Assembly (NCBI GenBank): GCA_963924565.1
Contig: OZ004615.1
Span: 372,001 to 436,000, forward strand
Source of the DNA: Ascidiella aspersa
Taxonomy: Eukaryota
DNA length: 64,000 nucleotides
Reading direction: 5' to 3'
Position numbers and translations under genes: made by a program. The notes under the pieces were generated by a model that saw only the letters and a list, made by a program, of their open reading frames with translations, had not been told where the DNA came from and made no database searches. Within the stretch, counting starts at the first letter, position 1. Every line of letters begins with the position of its first letter. This document shows positions 36,811 to 49,480 of the stretch, in pieces.

Positions 36811-37614
36811 TGATTCCAAATTTGTGCATTTTAGGGATTTTTGCGATCCAGCGTAGTGATTTCGACTTAGGAAGTTAAATTTCTTAGAAAAGATTTAACT
36901 TTAGAAGCTAAGCGGGTGAAATGGAGTCGTTCGCCGGATCTTTTAACGGACTCTTCTAGTCTTGGTCATAAGAAAATATAAATTATTTCACTAAACAGCA
37001 AAAAAAAAATCCTTCCATTACAAAGAGTCTGTTGGTTTCGTGCACTAGCGACCCTTAGGGAATCACTCGTTACTAACACGCGGTAAAAAAAATAATTCGG
37101 TCTAAGACGTAGATCGGCGTCGAAACAAATCTCCGATTTATCGAATATCACTTGATTAAACAAACTACCCCCGGAACTTCGTCTATTTCGGCTTCTTTGC
37201 TCGCATACTTGCTCGTATGTGTTTGTGGCGTTTTGCTGAGTGACGTAATGGTTAAATGGGTGACATCATGAGTTATGACGCGGCGTTCCACGTTGCTGTG
37301 TTGTCATGTGTAGAAACGAGCACGATGTTGTGCGGGAACAGACATTCGTGAAAACAGAAAGATTAGTCGATGTTATCGAATATCAGGACTTTTATATTTT
37401 CATTGAAAAAGCTTTGTAGATAAGTTTAAAGCTGTTTGAGTATTTATTAATAGAAGCTGCGGGGACGCGAGGAAACGGTGTTTCCATGTATTGATATTTT
37501 CCCTTATTACAATTATTTTGTTTCCTTTGTAAATTTGTCAAAAAATTAAACAAAATCTTCTTTTTCAGCTAAGAACAGTTTTTTCTAATAAAAAACACCG
37601 CAAAATTGCCGACA

Positions 37615-37886
37615 ATGAACCAAAGCAGCTCACCTAAAAACGTCAGTGATGACGTCACGGATTCCAAACTTGGAGTGACGTCACGATCGTCGGTCGACGA
37701 TGACGTCATCAGTGTGGAGGAGGTTCTGGAGGAAGGAGGAGAGGAGCAGAGTGGGAGCTCCTCATCCGAGGCTGTTCTCGATCTGAGCGAAGCTGGGGTG
37801 GAAGGGGATTCCCCGGGGAAGGAGCGGGTGAATCGGATGAGCGAAGGGACGAGTTCTTCTGAAGAAAGTTTGGAGCAAGTTGAGAG
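37615..37886 (+). CDS. Probable distal first coding exon of the PDE9-like gene; acidic, Ser/Glu-rich N-terminus of about 90 aa
   Basis: Acceptor tttttcag at 37568, in-frame stop at 37570, ATG at 37615 and coding-like composition (MNQSSSPKNVSDDVT...SEESLEQVE). The donor AG|GTTTGT is phase 2 and fits the phase-2 acceptor at 61260; the link itself is inferred. Confidence 0.6.
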
Positions 37887-38337
37887 GTTTGTGGTGGTTG
37901 TGGGGAGAATTGTTGTTCTGGTGTTAAACTAGCACATTTGGGGATTTGATTCGTTTATTAGGATTTGTATCTGAATAGGATGATTGCTATGCAAAATTTA
38001 TTTCACTGGTTTTAAGTTCTAGATGCAAGTGGGTTATTGCCGTTAAAGTGAGGTTAGCTATAGCATCGATTTGATTTAGGACTGTGAATCAGAGTGACTT
38101 AAAATAATAAAGATGATGAGTGATAATTCCGTGTACTTGTACAGTTTGGGAATATATTGGCGTTTTTTTTGTTATGATAAATCGAATTGTTAGTGTATTC
38201 AAACTACATTTGTTTTTTTGTTGTTTCCCCTGGTTTGCCACACAAATGTGCTTCATCAAGAATCCTTTGCCAATCTTAAGTCTTATAGAGTTTATCTTCT
38301 AACTCAATTATCGTGGCTGTTTGTCCGGGACTATTAC

Positions 38338-39371
38338 TAGGGTTGCAAAATTCCTGGGATTTTTCAGAGCGGAAACTTTCCATGGAAATTTTGGGAATTA
38401 ACGGGAATTTTCGGAAACTTTTAAAACAATCTTAGTTTGATATTGAAACAGGAAATAATGGCCTTTTACTGTGAAAACTACACTGATCGGTCTGGGCCAA
38501 AATATCCCCAGCTTACGGTAGCTAAATCTTTAAAATTTTGTTGTTTTGTGAGTTACAAAGTCGTTGTACTAGTTCAGGGGTCGGCAACCTACGGGCCGTC
38601 AAAGTAATTCATCCGGCCCGCCGCCTATTTGACAAAATAGACACGAGTATATTTCACATACTTTTTGGACAAACAGAAAACGTATTTAAAATTTTTTGTC
38701 TTTTTTTTAACATTTTATTATTTTCGGCAGCGTAATAAAAACTGGAAAGAAATTTAAAAGAATACCAAAAAAAAATGTGCTCACTTGGCTCGCCAGGCCC
38801 AGACTTTTAAAAACTTAGCAAATATTGAATTAGATTAACCAATAAAGTTATCTCGTTTCTTCAAAGTAATTTCATTACACTTTTCATTAGTAGTATGGAT
38901 GACGACGTGTGGACTCGAATTTTAACCAAACAAACGCTTTTTTTCGCGCTTTGCGCCAACACTTTACTGTCTCCTTAAATGTAATTAAACACGTCTTTAA
39001 GCGCAAAAAACGATACCCGCCTGATTTACAGTTGTTCTAGCATTTTAATAACACAATTCTTAGTTAACTTATTGTGCGGTCCTCAGATATCTTTCTAGTT
39101 TGGTTTAGGCCCGCGACTAGAAAAAGGTTGCCGACCCCTGTACTAGTTGCTGCCGGATAGCATGTCCTCCTGCTCGTCTAGAAATACGCAAGACAGGTTT
39201 TTAATATTTTTTCTGGTTAATAAAATATTTAACCAATGTTTTAAACATAATAAATGCCAAATTTGAAAATTTCCCAATATTCCCATTATTCCCGGGTCTT
39301 TCAAAATTCCCGGAAAGTTTCCAGGAAAGTTTCCAAAATTCCCGGAAACTTTCCACCCCTTTACAACCCTA
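38338..39371. mobile_element. TAGGG-ended non-autonomous DNA transposon (hAT-like) hosting a nested MITE
   Basis: TIRs tagggttgcaaa and tttacaacccta (11/12); ggaaa/ttcc subterminal repeats at both ends; degenerate 8-bp TSD ACTATTAC / ACTGGTAC. Confidence 0.75.
38575..39140. mobile_element. hAT-type MITE (Buster/Charlie-like), 566 bp, nested
   Basis: Perfect 16-bp TIRs caggggtcggcaacct and aggttgccgacccctg; perfect TSD TACTAGTT at 38567-38574 and 39141-39148. Confidence 0.93.
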
Positions 39372-40549
39372 ACTGGTACGTTACGTTGTTGTTTAAAAGT
39401 ATAGGTTAGATGCTGAAAATGTAGTAGGTAATGATTTCACGTGTGATACGCGTTCTATCAAATCGATATAAGTTGATATCTGTGTTTGTTTCAGTTAAAC
39501 ACAAATACAATTTTCTCTATTGAGAAATTCTAATAAAAGTCAACAAAAACATTTCAAAAAAATGCTTATTTCCATCTTTTTTCTTAACTATATTTATCGC
39601 GGGCTTAAAATAAATATGATCTCCTCAATCAGTTTTTTACCATTTCCAAAATCCCCGATCAACTTTTGGTTGAATCCGATCCGATCAAAGTACGCTGCGA
39701 TCATCCGATATCGACATATAGCGTGCAAAGTCGAACTCGCGCGTCTCTGTGTGTCGTCACAATAGCGTGTGGCGCCGAAATAGAAGTGTGTGATCACGTG
39801 GTTGCGTTTTGACACCTCCACACGGGAGCGTGGATCGTTGTGCTTGATACATGAGAGCTTCTCACGCAACCAACTTTGCACGCTACCGACATTACATTCG
39901 TGCTAAAGCTGGGACTGGCCAATGTATAGGGCCGATAAAACATCCGACTTAGTTTATCAAGTATTAAGGCTATCTTTACTATTCTTTAAAAAATAAAAAT
40001 TGCGTGAGGAATTGTTATAGATAATATCTTCGCCGACTTAATTTCTACAAACCGCTATTCAAAATTGTAACCGCTGTTTAAAATTCAATTTCCTCAGCAT
40101 CTGTAAATTTCTGGCGCAAATTGTATGGGAAATTAGAAAATATGGTAATTCGTTTTTCCGTAATTTTTTTTACTTTAAAAATCGCCAGGATGTTGCTAAA
40201 ATAGCGACGTTTAAACCAGGATAAAAATTAAATAAAAAAGTGGTTTAAAAAGAGAGGCTTTGTGGTCTTGTAACTTCGTGTCAGCTTTTTGTGGCTTAGA
40301 TACGAGCGTTGCGTGCCGGAATTCCGTCGCTACTTGTAGTGCTAGTTGTTGTAGCGACAAATGCTCGTCTGTGGTGGGATCTGGTGATTTGCAGCCACCT
40401 GATCGTTATCATTAGGTCTGTGCAAGTTGTCTGCTGCACAATTGCGTGCCACGCTACACACAACCGACCATCGCGTGCAGTCGACGAAGCTCCGTATAAA
40501 CACGTGGAAAATATGCGGGGATTTTGTAAAATATCATTTTTTTTTTAAT

Positions 40550-40760
40550 TTGTAGAATGAATGTCAAAGTCTGGAAGTAGGTAGCATGGTTGGGTGTTGT
40601 AGTTAGATGAAGAATTAATATCAAAGCCCACACAGAAGTAGGTGGCATTTTAAACATTTATTTTCAAAGAATAAAGATTTATGCGAAACATTAACAAAAA
40701 GCTACCTATAGTTTCAGAATGGTTAATTCTAACTACAACCTCCGGCCAATAAGCTTCAAT
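40550..40760. repeat. Rep-A cluster: forward copies plus a reverse fragment
   Basis: atggttgggtgttgtagttagatgaagaattaatatcaaagcccacacagaagtaggtggcattttaaac, later ctaactacaacctccggcc. Confidence 0.7.
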
Positions 40761-43700
40761 GATTTATCATTTTATCGCCAAACTTTTGTGATTTCTTGAG
40801 GTTTGATTTCCATTTCTCGTCCTGAATGCTTAAGTCGCATTCTTGCGAGCAAAGCGTCAAATTCTGCGTTGGTTTTCGCGACAAACCGGTGGCCATTTAT
40901 CATTGTGTCGCATCGCAGATTCCCGCCGCAGATTATCACGATTTAGCGACGCTGGGGTGGCCCAAGCAAGATTCAATCTCCAACTTCACTCGAACAAGGA
41001 GACAAGCGTTTTGCGACAGACACCGTTGGTTAACCACACACTACATAACACGCACTAAACACACTGAGACCAGCGGTTGTGCTTAAACAATAACGCCAGT
41101 TTAACATATTAATGGTGAAAACCGTAAGAATAGGCAATCACCTTTAAATATGCTTATGAACAATTGTTTTCGATTGCCTGGAAATGTTTTAACTTTTCAA
41201 ATATTTTTCATCGAGGTCATTTTTTTAGCAAAGTTAAAATTTTCCAGTCGATTTCTTTGGGATATTAAATAAGTTACAGCAAAGCGCCTAGGACAGCGTA
41301 ACCTCTGTGCTTTACAAGTTATTGCAAATATAAAAATGTCGTATCTTGCAAATTAGCTGCCAGCTGTTTCGAGCAAATGTCCATATCGCGTGAGACGACT
41401 TTAAAAATACGTTCGCTTTTGCGGCCACTTTCTAGCGTTCAGGGCACAGCAAATTATACAAGATAGCAATCGTAATGGAACTTCTGCGTGCAGAATCGAA
41501 GTAAGATTTTCACACAGAACGAATATTTCGAACCTTACATTTGATAGCAATCGAACATGATTTAAAATGACGTTTGCGTTTGATTTAATCTCAGGTAACC
41601 CCACAAATACCAACTGACGTCCGTAGAAGTGGAATCAATCATGAATGTAACCTTTGCTGTCTGGCGTCAAATTTAAAGTCGATTTCAAGTTTAAAATCTA
41701 AAAAAATGTACAAAAATTTCATCTATAGGCAAAACTTTAAAGGGCCTGCACCGATTTAAGAGGCCAATAATAATATTAAAGTGGATATAATGTCACCACC
41801 ATATTATCACAAACCCATATCCTTGTTACTCCAAATTTTTACGTTACGTTCAATCTGTGTAAAGCATATTTCAAAAGTCACACTTTGGTTAAATACGACT
41901 TGCCAACTATTGTTAAAATACCAGCTATTTTTATTTAGGCAGCATTTTGTATAATATGGGAAAGAAAATAAGCGATGTGTTTTATCTTTTCATAACTTGA
42001 AAAGCCCACAATGGCCACAGAATCGGCTTTTAGGACAAGTTTGTAACGCACCACCTTGTGGCATAAATTGTAGTGATAATCGGCCGCTAGATGGCACTAC
42101 GCATACATGTTTATAGCGATTTAACAAAATGTTAAGGAGAAGTTGGGCGTTTCTACAGTAAAAAAAATACAGTAAAATTAAAAAAAACATTGCCGTAGAT
42201 TGTTTGAATATTACAGTATTATTCGAAGAAAAAAACAAAATTCAGAAAATTTCGAGTAAAGTTATGCTACACATTTTTGAAAAAAAATGCGCTAAGTTTG
42301 GGTTTAAAAAACAGAGCAGTGAGTCCCTTATTAGCGGATCCTAAGTCAGTTTCAATTCATGTTTAATTGGTTTAAAAAGAAAAACGCCTCAGGTATTTTT
42401 AATTCTAAATATTCAAACAAATCAGGGCACGAAACGTTTAAATTGTTGAACTATTGGACTATTTTTGTGCAACTAAAATAATTACAAAAGCTTAATAATT
42501 GAGGCGCTATAGACATGGTTAAAAACATAGGTAGGAGTAGTTGAGGTTGGGCGCGGCTTTACACAAAAGCACAAGACACGAGGCTTCCAATGCAAACATC
42601 GCACGGTGTGAAACGTGGGCTGTAATGCCCGTATCGCATGCAAGGCAACGTTACAAGGCCTAGAGTTGCAAGCTGCCTAACGAGCCACTTGCAGCTCATA
42701 TCTTCCACAATCGGTGTTTTGTGGGCGCGACAGGGGCGTGGTTGTTTGGTAAAAGGGCGCGAATCGAAAAGAAATGAACCGGCGCCCGCCTAACGAGCTA
42801 ATTCGGTCATGGAAAGGGATTTTTCTGGCGGTCGAAAACTAGCGATTGTAGAGTTGTAGATCCAGGATACGAGACGACTATTGATTGACCAAGATAGGGC
42901 TGTGCACAATCTTCGCCACTATAATATTAGACTATTTCAAGTATAATTAACCATTTTATGTTTTGATGGCTAATCCACGAAATGTATTACAAAATCACTG
43001 CATACATACATTTAGTATTCCCAAATAAAGTTAAAAAAATATAACTTTCAACAATTTAATTGCTATTGTGACAGAACATTATTTTAAAGATAAACAATTA
43101 TTTCTGGTAGTTTTTCCAAATCCAATTCATTATTTGTGCTTCCAATAAAACACTCCTAACTCTTACTTCAAGGCGTAATCTCAAATAAATCAGTCTTATA
43201 CAAGTTATTGTTTTTATATTGAAAATGTTATTTCAAAGTTGAGGGTGTCATTTTATTGTATGAGTCAACAATAATTTTTACAATACAACGTGGCGCTGCT
43301 GAAGAAACTGTGAAAAAGTTTAACCTTGAGAGCAACTTTTAACCTTGTGTTCCACACAAACGCGATTGTTGTGACGCGAAACGCGCGACGCGTCCCATTG
43401 TTCCCTGCGGTTTCCCTGGCAACGCCGCTTTAATTAAATCGTAGCACGCGCGATTCCTTATCGTGAGATCTTCCAGTGTCGGTTTTGCGCAAACTGTTGC
43501 GAACATAAAGAAACAAAGAAACACAGAGCAACTAGAACCTCCAGGCTGCTGGCTGTCAAACATTTCTACGTGGCCCAAACTCGCCAATCCTTTAGCTCCC
43601 TTGAAATTACATGCCAAAGATTAATTCTTTCACAACAGGAAGTTAACAAAATTACTGCAAATAATTAGCATTTTTCAACTTTTGTAAACCAATTGCTGTA

Positions 43701-46700
43701 CGTAATCCTTGCTTGCACTAAATTCCTAATTGATCAGCTGAATTCGGTTTGCTTATCTAAAGCTCCCGGTGTCATATGAAACATGCGACTGATAAGGTTA
43801 GCTTCTCTGTAGATTTACTATGATATGTGCGCCGTTACCGTTGGTCGGAATAACTTCTGAAGTGTCAGAGCGCAGTTATACATAATCGTGCTTGAATGTG
43901 TCAGTGCTGTACACAGATTGGCAAATAATAAATAGAAAGGCCATAATGCGAATCCATTAAAAATTCCATAGACTCCAGTTCAATGAGCAAAGCCCATAGA
44001 TATTTTATCTTGTGTTTTATTTCTGGATATCGTGTTTCCACCAAAACGTCGTATGCATATCAAGAAACGCTGTGTCCTTTTGTTATTTCCACCCTATTTG
44101 AAAACAAACCTTAATTGCATTACGCCAATCTGTCATCCTGCGGAAAAATCACCCAAAGAGCTAAAACAAGCGTGTTTATAATAAAGTTGTTTTCGAACTT
44201 TCCAAACCTCTGTGGTTCTTGTTTAGACCTTAACAGGCGCTCAAGTGTTTACGGCGCTGCAAACTACTTAAGAGGGTCGCAATTAGTGACGCCGAATCTC
44301 AAGCAAACGCCAGAAGCCATCAGCGAATTAAACCTGCGCCATTCCTTAGCTATAGTGTGTTGTGTGTGGCAGACGTACCGGCTGGAGCTGTGCATTGGAC
44401 AAGTGGCGCTTAATTGCTGGTGGGAAGCTCTGGGAATTATTCTTGCAAACCACGCTCTCATGATTGCATTTGGTGGGAAATCGTGAGGTTTGAGCTGCCC
44501 AACCCAATAACAAACCACCTCATCCCACCCTTTGCCTGAACAAGCTGGTGATTCGCGATCAAGTAGTTTGCAAACAAACCTAGAACTGCTGGGAACAATT
44601 ATTGCGAGAAATTCCAAGTTTATGATCAGGACTTGACGCTTGTCACGCCGCTGTGAGTGTTTGCAAACAATACGCCCTTGTTACGCGCAATTAACACAAA
44701 GAAACTCGATTGCAAGTTTATGTAAATTAGCTAAACGCCGCGTTTTGCAAGAGCGAAAGCGACCTATGTGTTAATTAGCTCACGACTTCAATTACATAAT
44801 GCTCCTATTGTACAACATTCCCATTACATCAACATGATATGGCGCCAAATTCAAGAAACGACGACATCGAAAATAATTTTTAAGACGTGGGTTCATGTTT
44901 GTCGAGAATTTAATATTTTCCTCAAAAATATAATTTTTTTAGATGTTGGTACATTATATACAACTAGTAAATAATTTATTGGCCTAGTGTTTTTAGTGGT
45001 TCTTTAAAACCTATTTTTCATGTTATTATAAAACTGAAAACAACTTCATGCAAAGCATTATTTCCCAACAGTTGAAAGTAGAACTGTGCCTGAAACTCGT
45101 AAATTCGAATGCTAAATATGGTGTCCGCCAAATAAGCACAAGGCTCAACACACAGCATCGTCCATATGGTTTATCAAGACATCTTAGCGGTTCAAACGGC
45201 ATCGGATGAGTAGCTATTCGTGACGCTATAAGCAGGTTTACGGCAACAAACCACAATCCACCGAATCTATATCGTGGTTGGACTGAAAACAAAATCCAGC
45301 AAGTTCGTGCTGGCAAAAGCTACTTGAATGCAGGCATCCTTGTCTGTGTTTCAGACGATTATTTGTGCCCTTATGTAAGTTGAGAACATTATAAATCATA
45401 GAACATTTTAGTCAAATTTAACTTAAAACATTTTTAATGACCAAGACCTATAGTAGGATAAAGCATTGTTCAAGTGTTCCAGAAAAACAATATACGTTGC
45501 CGACGTCACAATGGTTAAAGTTCTAGTTACGCAAGAATGACCAACGAACCCCATGTTTGCAACAAATTTTGTCAGTTTTCAATCAAATTTAAATCATTTT
45601 CACCATCCACAAAGTTACATCAACTGACCTATGCGCGATAATCTTTGGAATGTTCGTGAAAATAGCAGATTTATTTGTGAAGCAACGCTTTGCGCACTGC
45701 ACCTCCAGATAAGAATCGAATGTAGCTCGTAAATCACCAGCTGTATGTGAGAGTGCAATCCAGTGCAAAAAGGTCTTGGCTTGTGGATGAACATCCAGTC
45801 GTCATTACAATCATTGCGGTTTCAACATTTTAGTCGAAATCCGCTTAGAGACGTCAATCAAACGATAGAATGTGGCGCCGAGTAAAATCAAGTGGAGAAT
45901 AAGTTGTTACAGGCACTTTGTGCGGCATAAAACAATAAAATAATCGTTTTATTTGAAGGAAAAAGTTCGTTGGATATTTTAAGTTAATCTCGTCAAAGTA
46001 TAGGGCAGGCTAATTTTATCCTGACTTAACTTGTCCAATAAATGCCAAGTTGCAGTTCGTAAACTAAAATCCTAAATTCGCAATTTTGTTCATTTTTTGA
46101 AATTTAAATTCACAGTAAACAATGTTTACCTCATGAGAACTATGAGCGTCAATTAAGGGTCAAGTAAATGAGACGTCGCCTTACATTGTAAACCACGAGG
46201 TGATTTCCATAAAACACGCCTTTCTACGTTTTCGTTGTTCTTAGGAACAGCTTGATAACGTGCCTCAACTGCCATATTTTGTCTTTTACTTTTCGCTTGA
46301 AAATTGATTTTTACTTTTCGCTTGAAAAGCCATCATTTAAGGATAAGATGGTGGCAACAAATGTTGAAAAACGAGATGGGCTGTTCTTCTACTTCGTAAA
46401 CAAGAAGTTTTTTCTAATCAATTCAGACGAATGTGTTCTGCAGTAGCCTTTTATTTTTCAACCGGTTTTCGAAATGTTTGTTGGCCCAAATGAGCTCGTT
46501 TTTCTACATTTTCAAAAGTATCTGGCTTAAAAACCCAGTGGTGCGATTAATCCAAGTACGTCCTTGCTTTAAATGCCATATGTTTACTTGGTAAGCGCCG
46601 CAAATTACTGGAATCATGGCGACAACCCTAGAAGCCAAGTGAGTCGCGTGGCTCCCCGGGATAGTTGCGTGTAATTAAGTCACAACGACGTCGCAGAAGT

Positions 46701-49129
46701 TGATTTAATGTCAACAGCAGGGCACCGGAATGCTGACAGATTGCGAGTTCGCGTGCGAGCTTCAAATCATAGCAACAGCCGCAATTAAAACAAGATTGAG
46801 CGAGTATTTTGGCTCAAGAGCTAAACAAGTGTCCCTTGAAGTCCGCAATCAACAAACGGCCGTGCTTTAAACATTGGAGAAAATTTCGTTTCATCTTATC
46901 ATTGAGAAACTGGGTTTTTCCACTTTTCAAGAACTCGAAAATATGTTTTTTAAACAAATGTCGCCAAACGCGGCTCATTTGTCTGCAATTCTGAACAGCA
47001 ATCCTTCATAATTTTTCTTGTGGGACACTTAAAAAAAATTGCGAAAATCAAAAGCTGTCCTTTCAGCCACGAAAGGTCATTTGTCTGCAATCCTCTACAA
47101 CAGTCCATTTAAATTTGTTTATCTTGTGGGTTAAATTAAACAGCTACCTTGCTATGAATATAGTGTGTGACATTTTTGAACCAAAGAGGTTAATTTTTTG
47201 TAGCCAAATACTTTTGCATCTGTCTCCAATTTATAGAAAAATGTCTCGTTTTACTGCCCTAATTTTTGCCATATCAGAATCCATATTAACAGAGGCTGGA
47301 AGATTTAAATTGATTGTTTTGTTGGTTTTGCACCCTTCAATAAATAGAATTTGTCAACAGATAGCTCGTTCAGGCTGCTTTGTTAAATGTTCAAAATTCC
47401 AAACACTATAAACTATCAGCACCTCACTTGAGAATCCCTCGCTGCATAGAGTTTATAACCGTTGATAGCAACTTATAACTAACATGCAAAGGGCGTTGTT
47501 ATATCGATTGGAACGTTTAAACAATGTTAGCTTTGTTTGGTTGTTTTGTTATTTTTCTTTTGCTACAACAGATGTTATGTCGTCAACAATGCATATTGTT
47601 TTATTGGAACGTCCAAACAATAGTACCTATAGCTGTTGGTATTTAAGGTTTACGCAGCTTGCATATTCCACAGAAGTGTGCGTTCTTTGCATGCTTATCA
47701 CCAGCTTATCTGCAATTTCAACAGTAATTTGTTCGTCCTAACAACCTGGGGTCGGCGGTCGGTCTAAAAATAGCCGCATAATAGGTGTTTAGTGGCTAAT
47801 GTACGCAAACAGAGCCCGCTAAGATGCTATCGAAAGAAACAATTGACTTCTCGCTCTCGCAACAATTGAAAGGATCAGTCGAAAACTAAACCGCTGTGAA
47901 AATAAAACTGATGGGTTTTTCTCCTTTTTGTGAAGCGCATAAATTCAATTACACGCGGCCAACTCCAGACTGCAGCCAGTTTATTAAAGGCTTATAGAAA
48001 AGCAAATAAACCTGGAGTTCATTGCTCTCCACCACTGAATGCCAGCCATGCCAAGCCAGAACCAGCAAAACATTTGATCCTATCTTATGAGGGCTAATGG
48101 ATTCCCCGAAGGTGGGTAGGTCTCGTAGTGGCACTAAATCCCGGCAAATTACCCCACTAACCTCAGATGGTCATTACTTCCACCAAAGAACGTGATCGCA
48201 ATTGGCCGGGTTAAGAAAAACACGGAGTTTGTATTGGAAGTGGATAAAAGGTATTCTTATTATACTACAAGAAGTTCTTTTCTTTTTTGAGTATTTATTT
48301 TATTCGACTCTTCGGCTACCTATACAAGACGCCTTTGTCAGGGAATGAAACAACGCCACGCTAAACATATTGCCGGAAGAGCTTCTTTTAGTATACTATA
48401 CCTCGTAGCAACAGGCTGTATATTTTTCCTAGTTCTTTATAAATCACCCAAAAATGGGACTTAAACGATTCCTATTTTGGCTTTAAAAGAAGAAAGGAAG
48501 AAAAGAAAAATAGGATTTACTTTGATTTCATAATTAACATCTTGGTTAACAACATGAGATCAAACTTATAAACAGAATCCAAAAAATTCACAAACCATAA
48601 GAATATTTTATCAAATAAAAATGACAAAGAACCACTTTCAACAAAAACTTAGATGTTTAGAAAATAGTATTTTTAAAACAGACAACATTTCCTTGTTTCT
48701 CAAAATGACGCCATGCTAAATTTCAGTCACCATTGTAATGCAAACCTACATCATTTAGAAAACTCAACAAAACTGCAACAATTTTCCGAGAAAATTTCCC
48801 GGTGTAATTTTGACGACAACAATAGTTTGTTTGATCCTTTGAATGATCGGCGACACGACCATGTAAATCGCACCACAAAGCGTGTAATCGAATTCGAGTC
48901 CAAGTTGAATTAACAGCAGACGAGTGAAAGTAAAGTAGCAAAGAGGGGAGCGATTGCAGCAGATAAGCGCGACATTTGAGCCCCAATTGCGACGTAAGTG
49001 TCGCGGACAAACGGAAAAACGTGTCGCGTCCGATTTCAACTGCGTCATGCGTAAAGTCGGCATCAAAACATAGAAAACTACAAATTGGAAAAAGTGTTGT
49101 AAATTGTCTAGTTTTAAAGCCAATACAAA

Positions 49130-49480
49130 AGTAAGAAGACGTGATAAGAATATCAAAGCCCATACAGAAGTAGGTTGCATTTTGGACGTTTCGAATAACT
49201 CTTTATTCATTTTCAACTTCAACGATGTTGGTCTTACTACAACTTCCAACCATTATGCTCCAAAAGTAAGAAGCATTTGTAAACTTCATTTTCTTCCAAG
49301 AATTTTAAACATTCACAAAATGCTACCTAACCCTGTATGGGCTTTGGTTTCGCAAAATTAAATCGTAAATCGTATCTTAAAATCCTATACAAAAGCAATA
49401 CCAAAAGCTGCACAAAAATAAGAAGCATTTTGTAAACCCTATGGAACAAATTTTTCTTGTGTATGGGCTATTCATTCCAC
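49130..49480. repeat. Rep-A cluster with inverted arms
   Basis: Forward 49145-49217, reverse 49232-49265 (actacaacttccaaccattatgctccaaa), further fragments to 49480. Confidence 0.75.

Noticed and set aside
49255-49271. ATG CTC CAA AA|GTAAGA phase-2 mini-exon
   Set aside because: It lies in the terminal sequence of a Rep-A repeat, so the ATG is repeat-derived.
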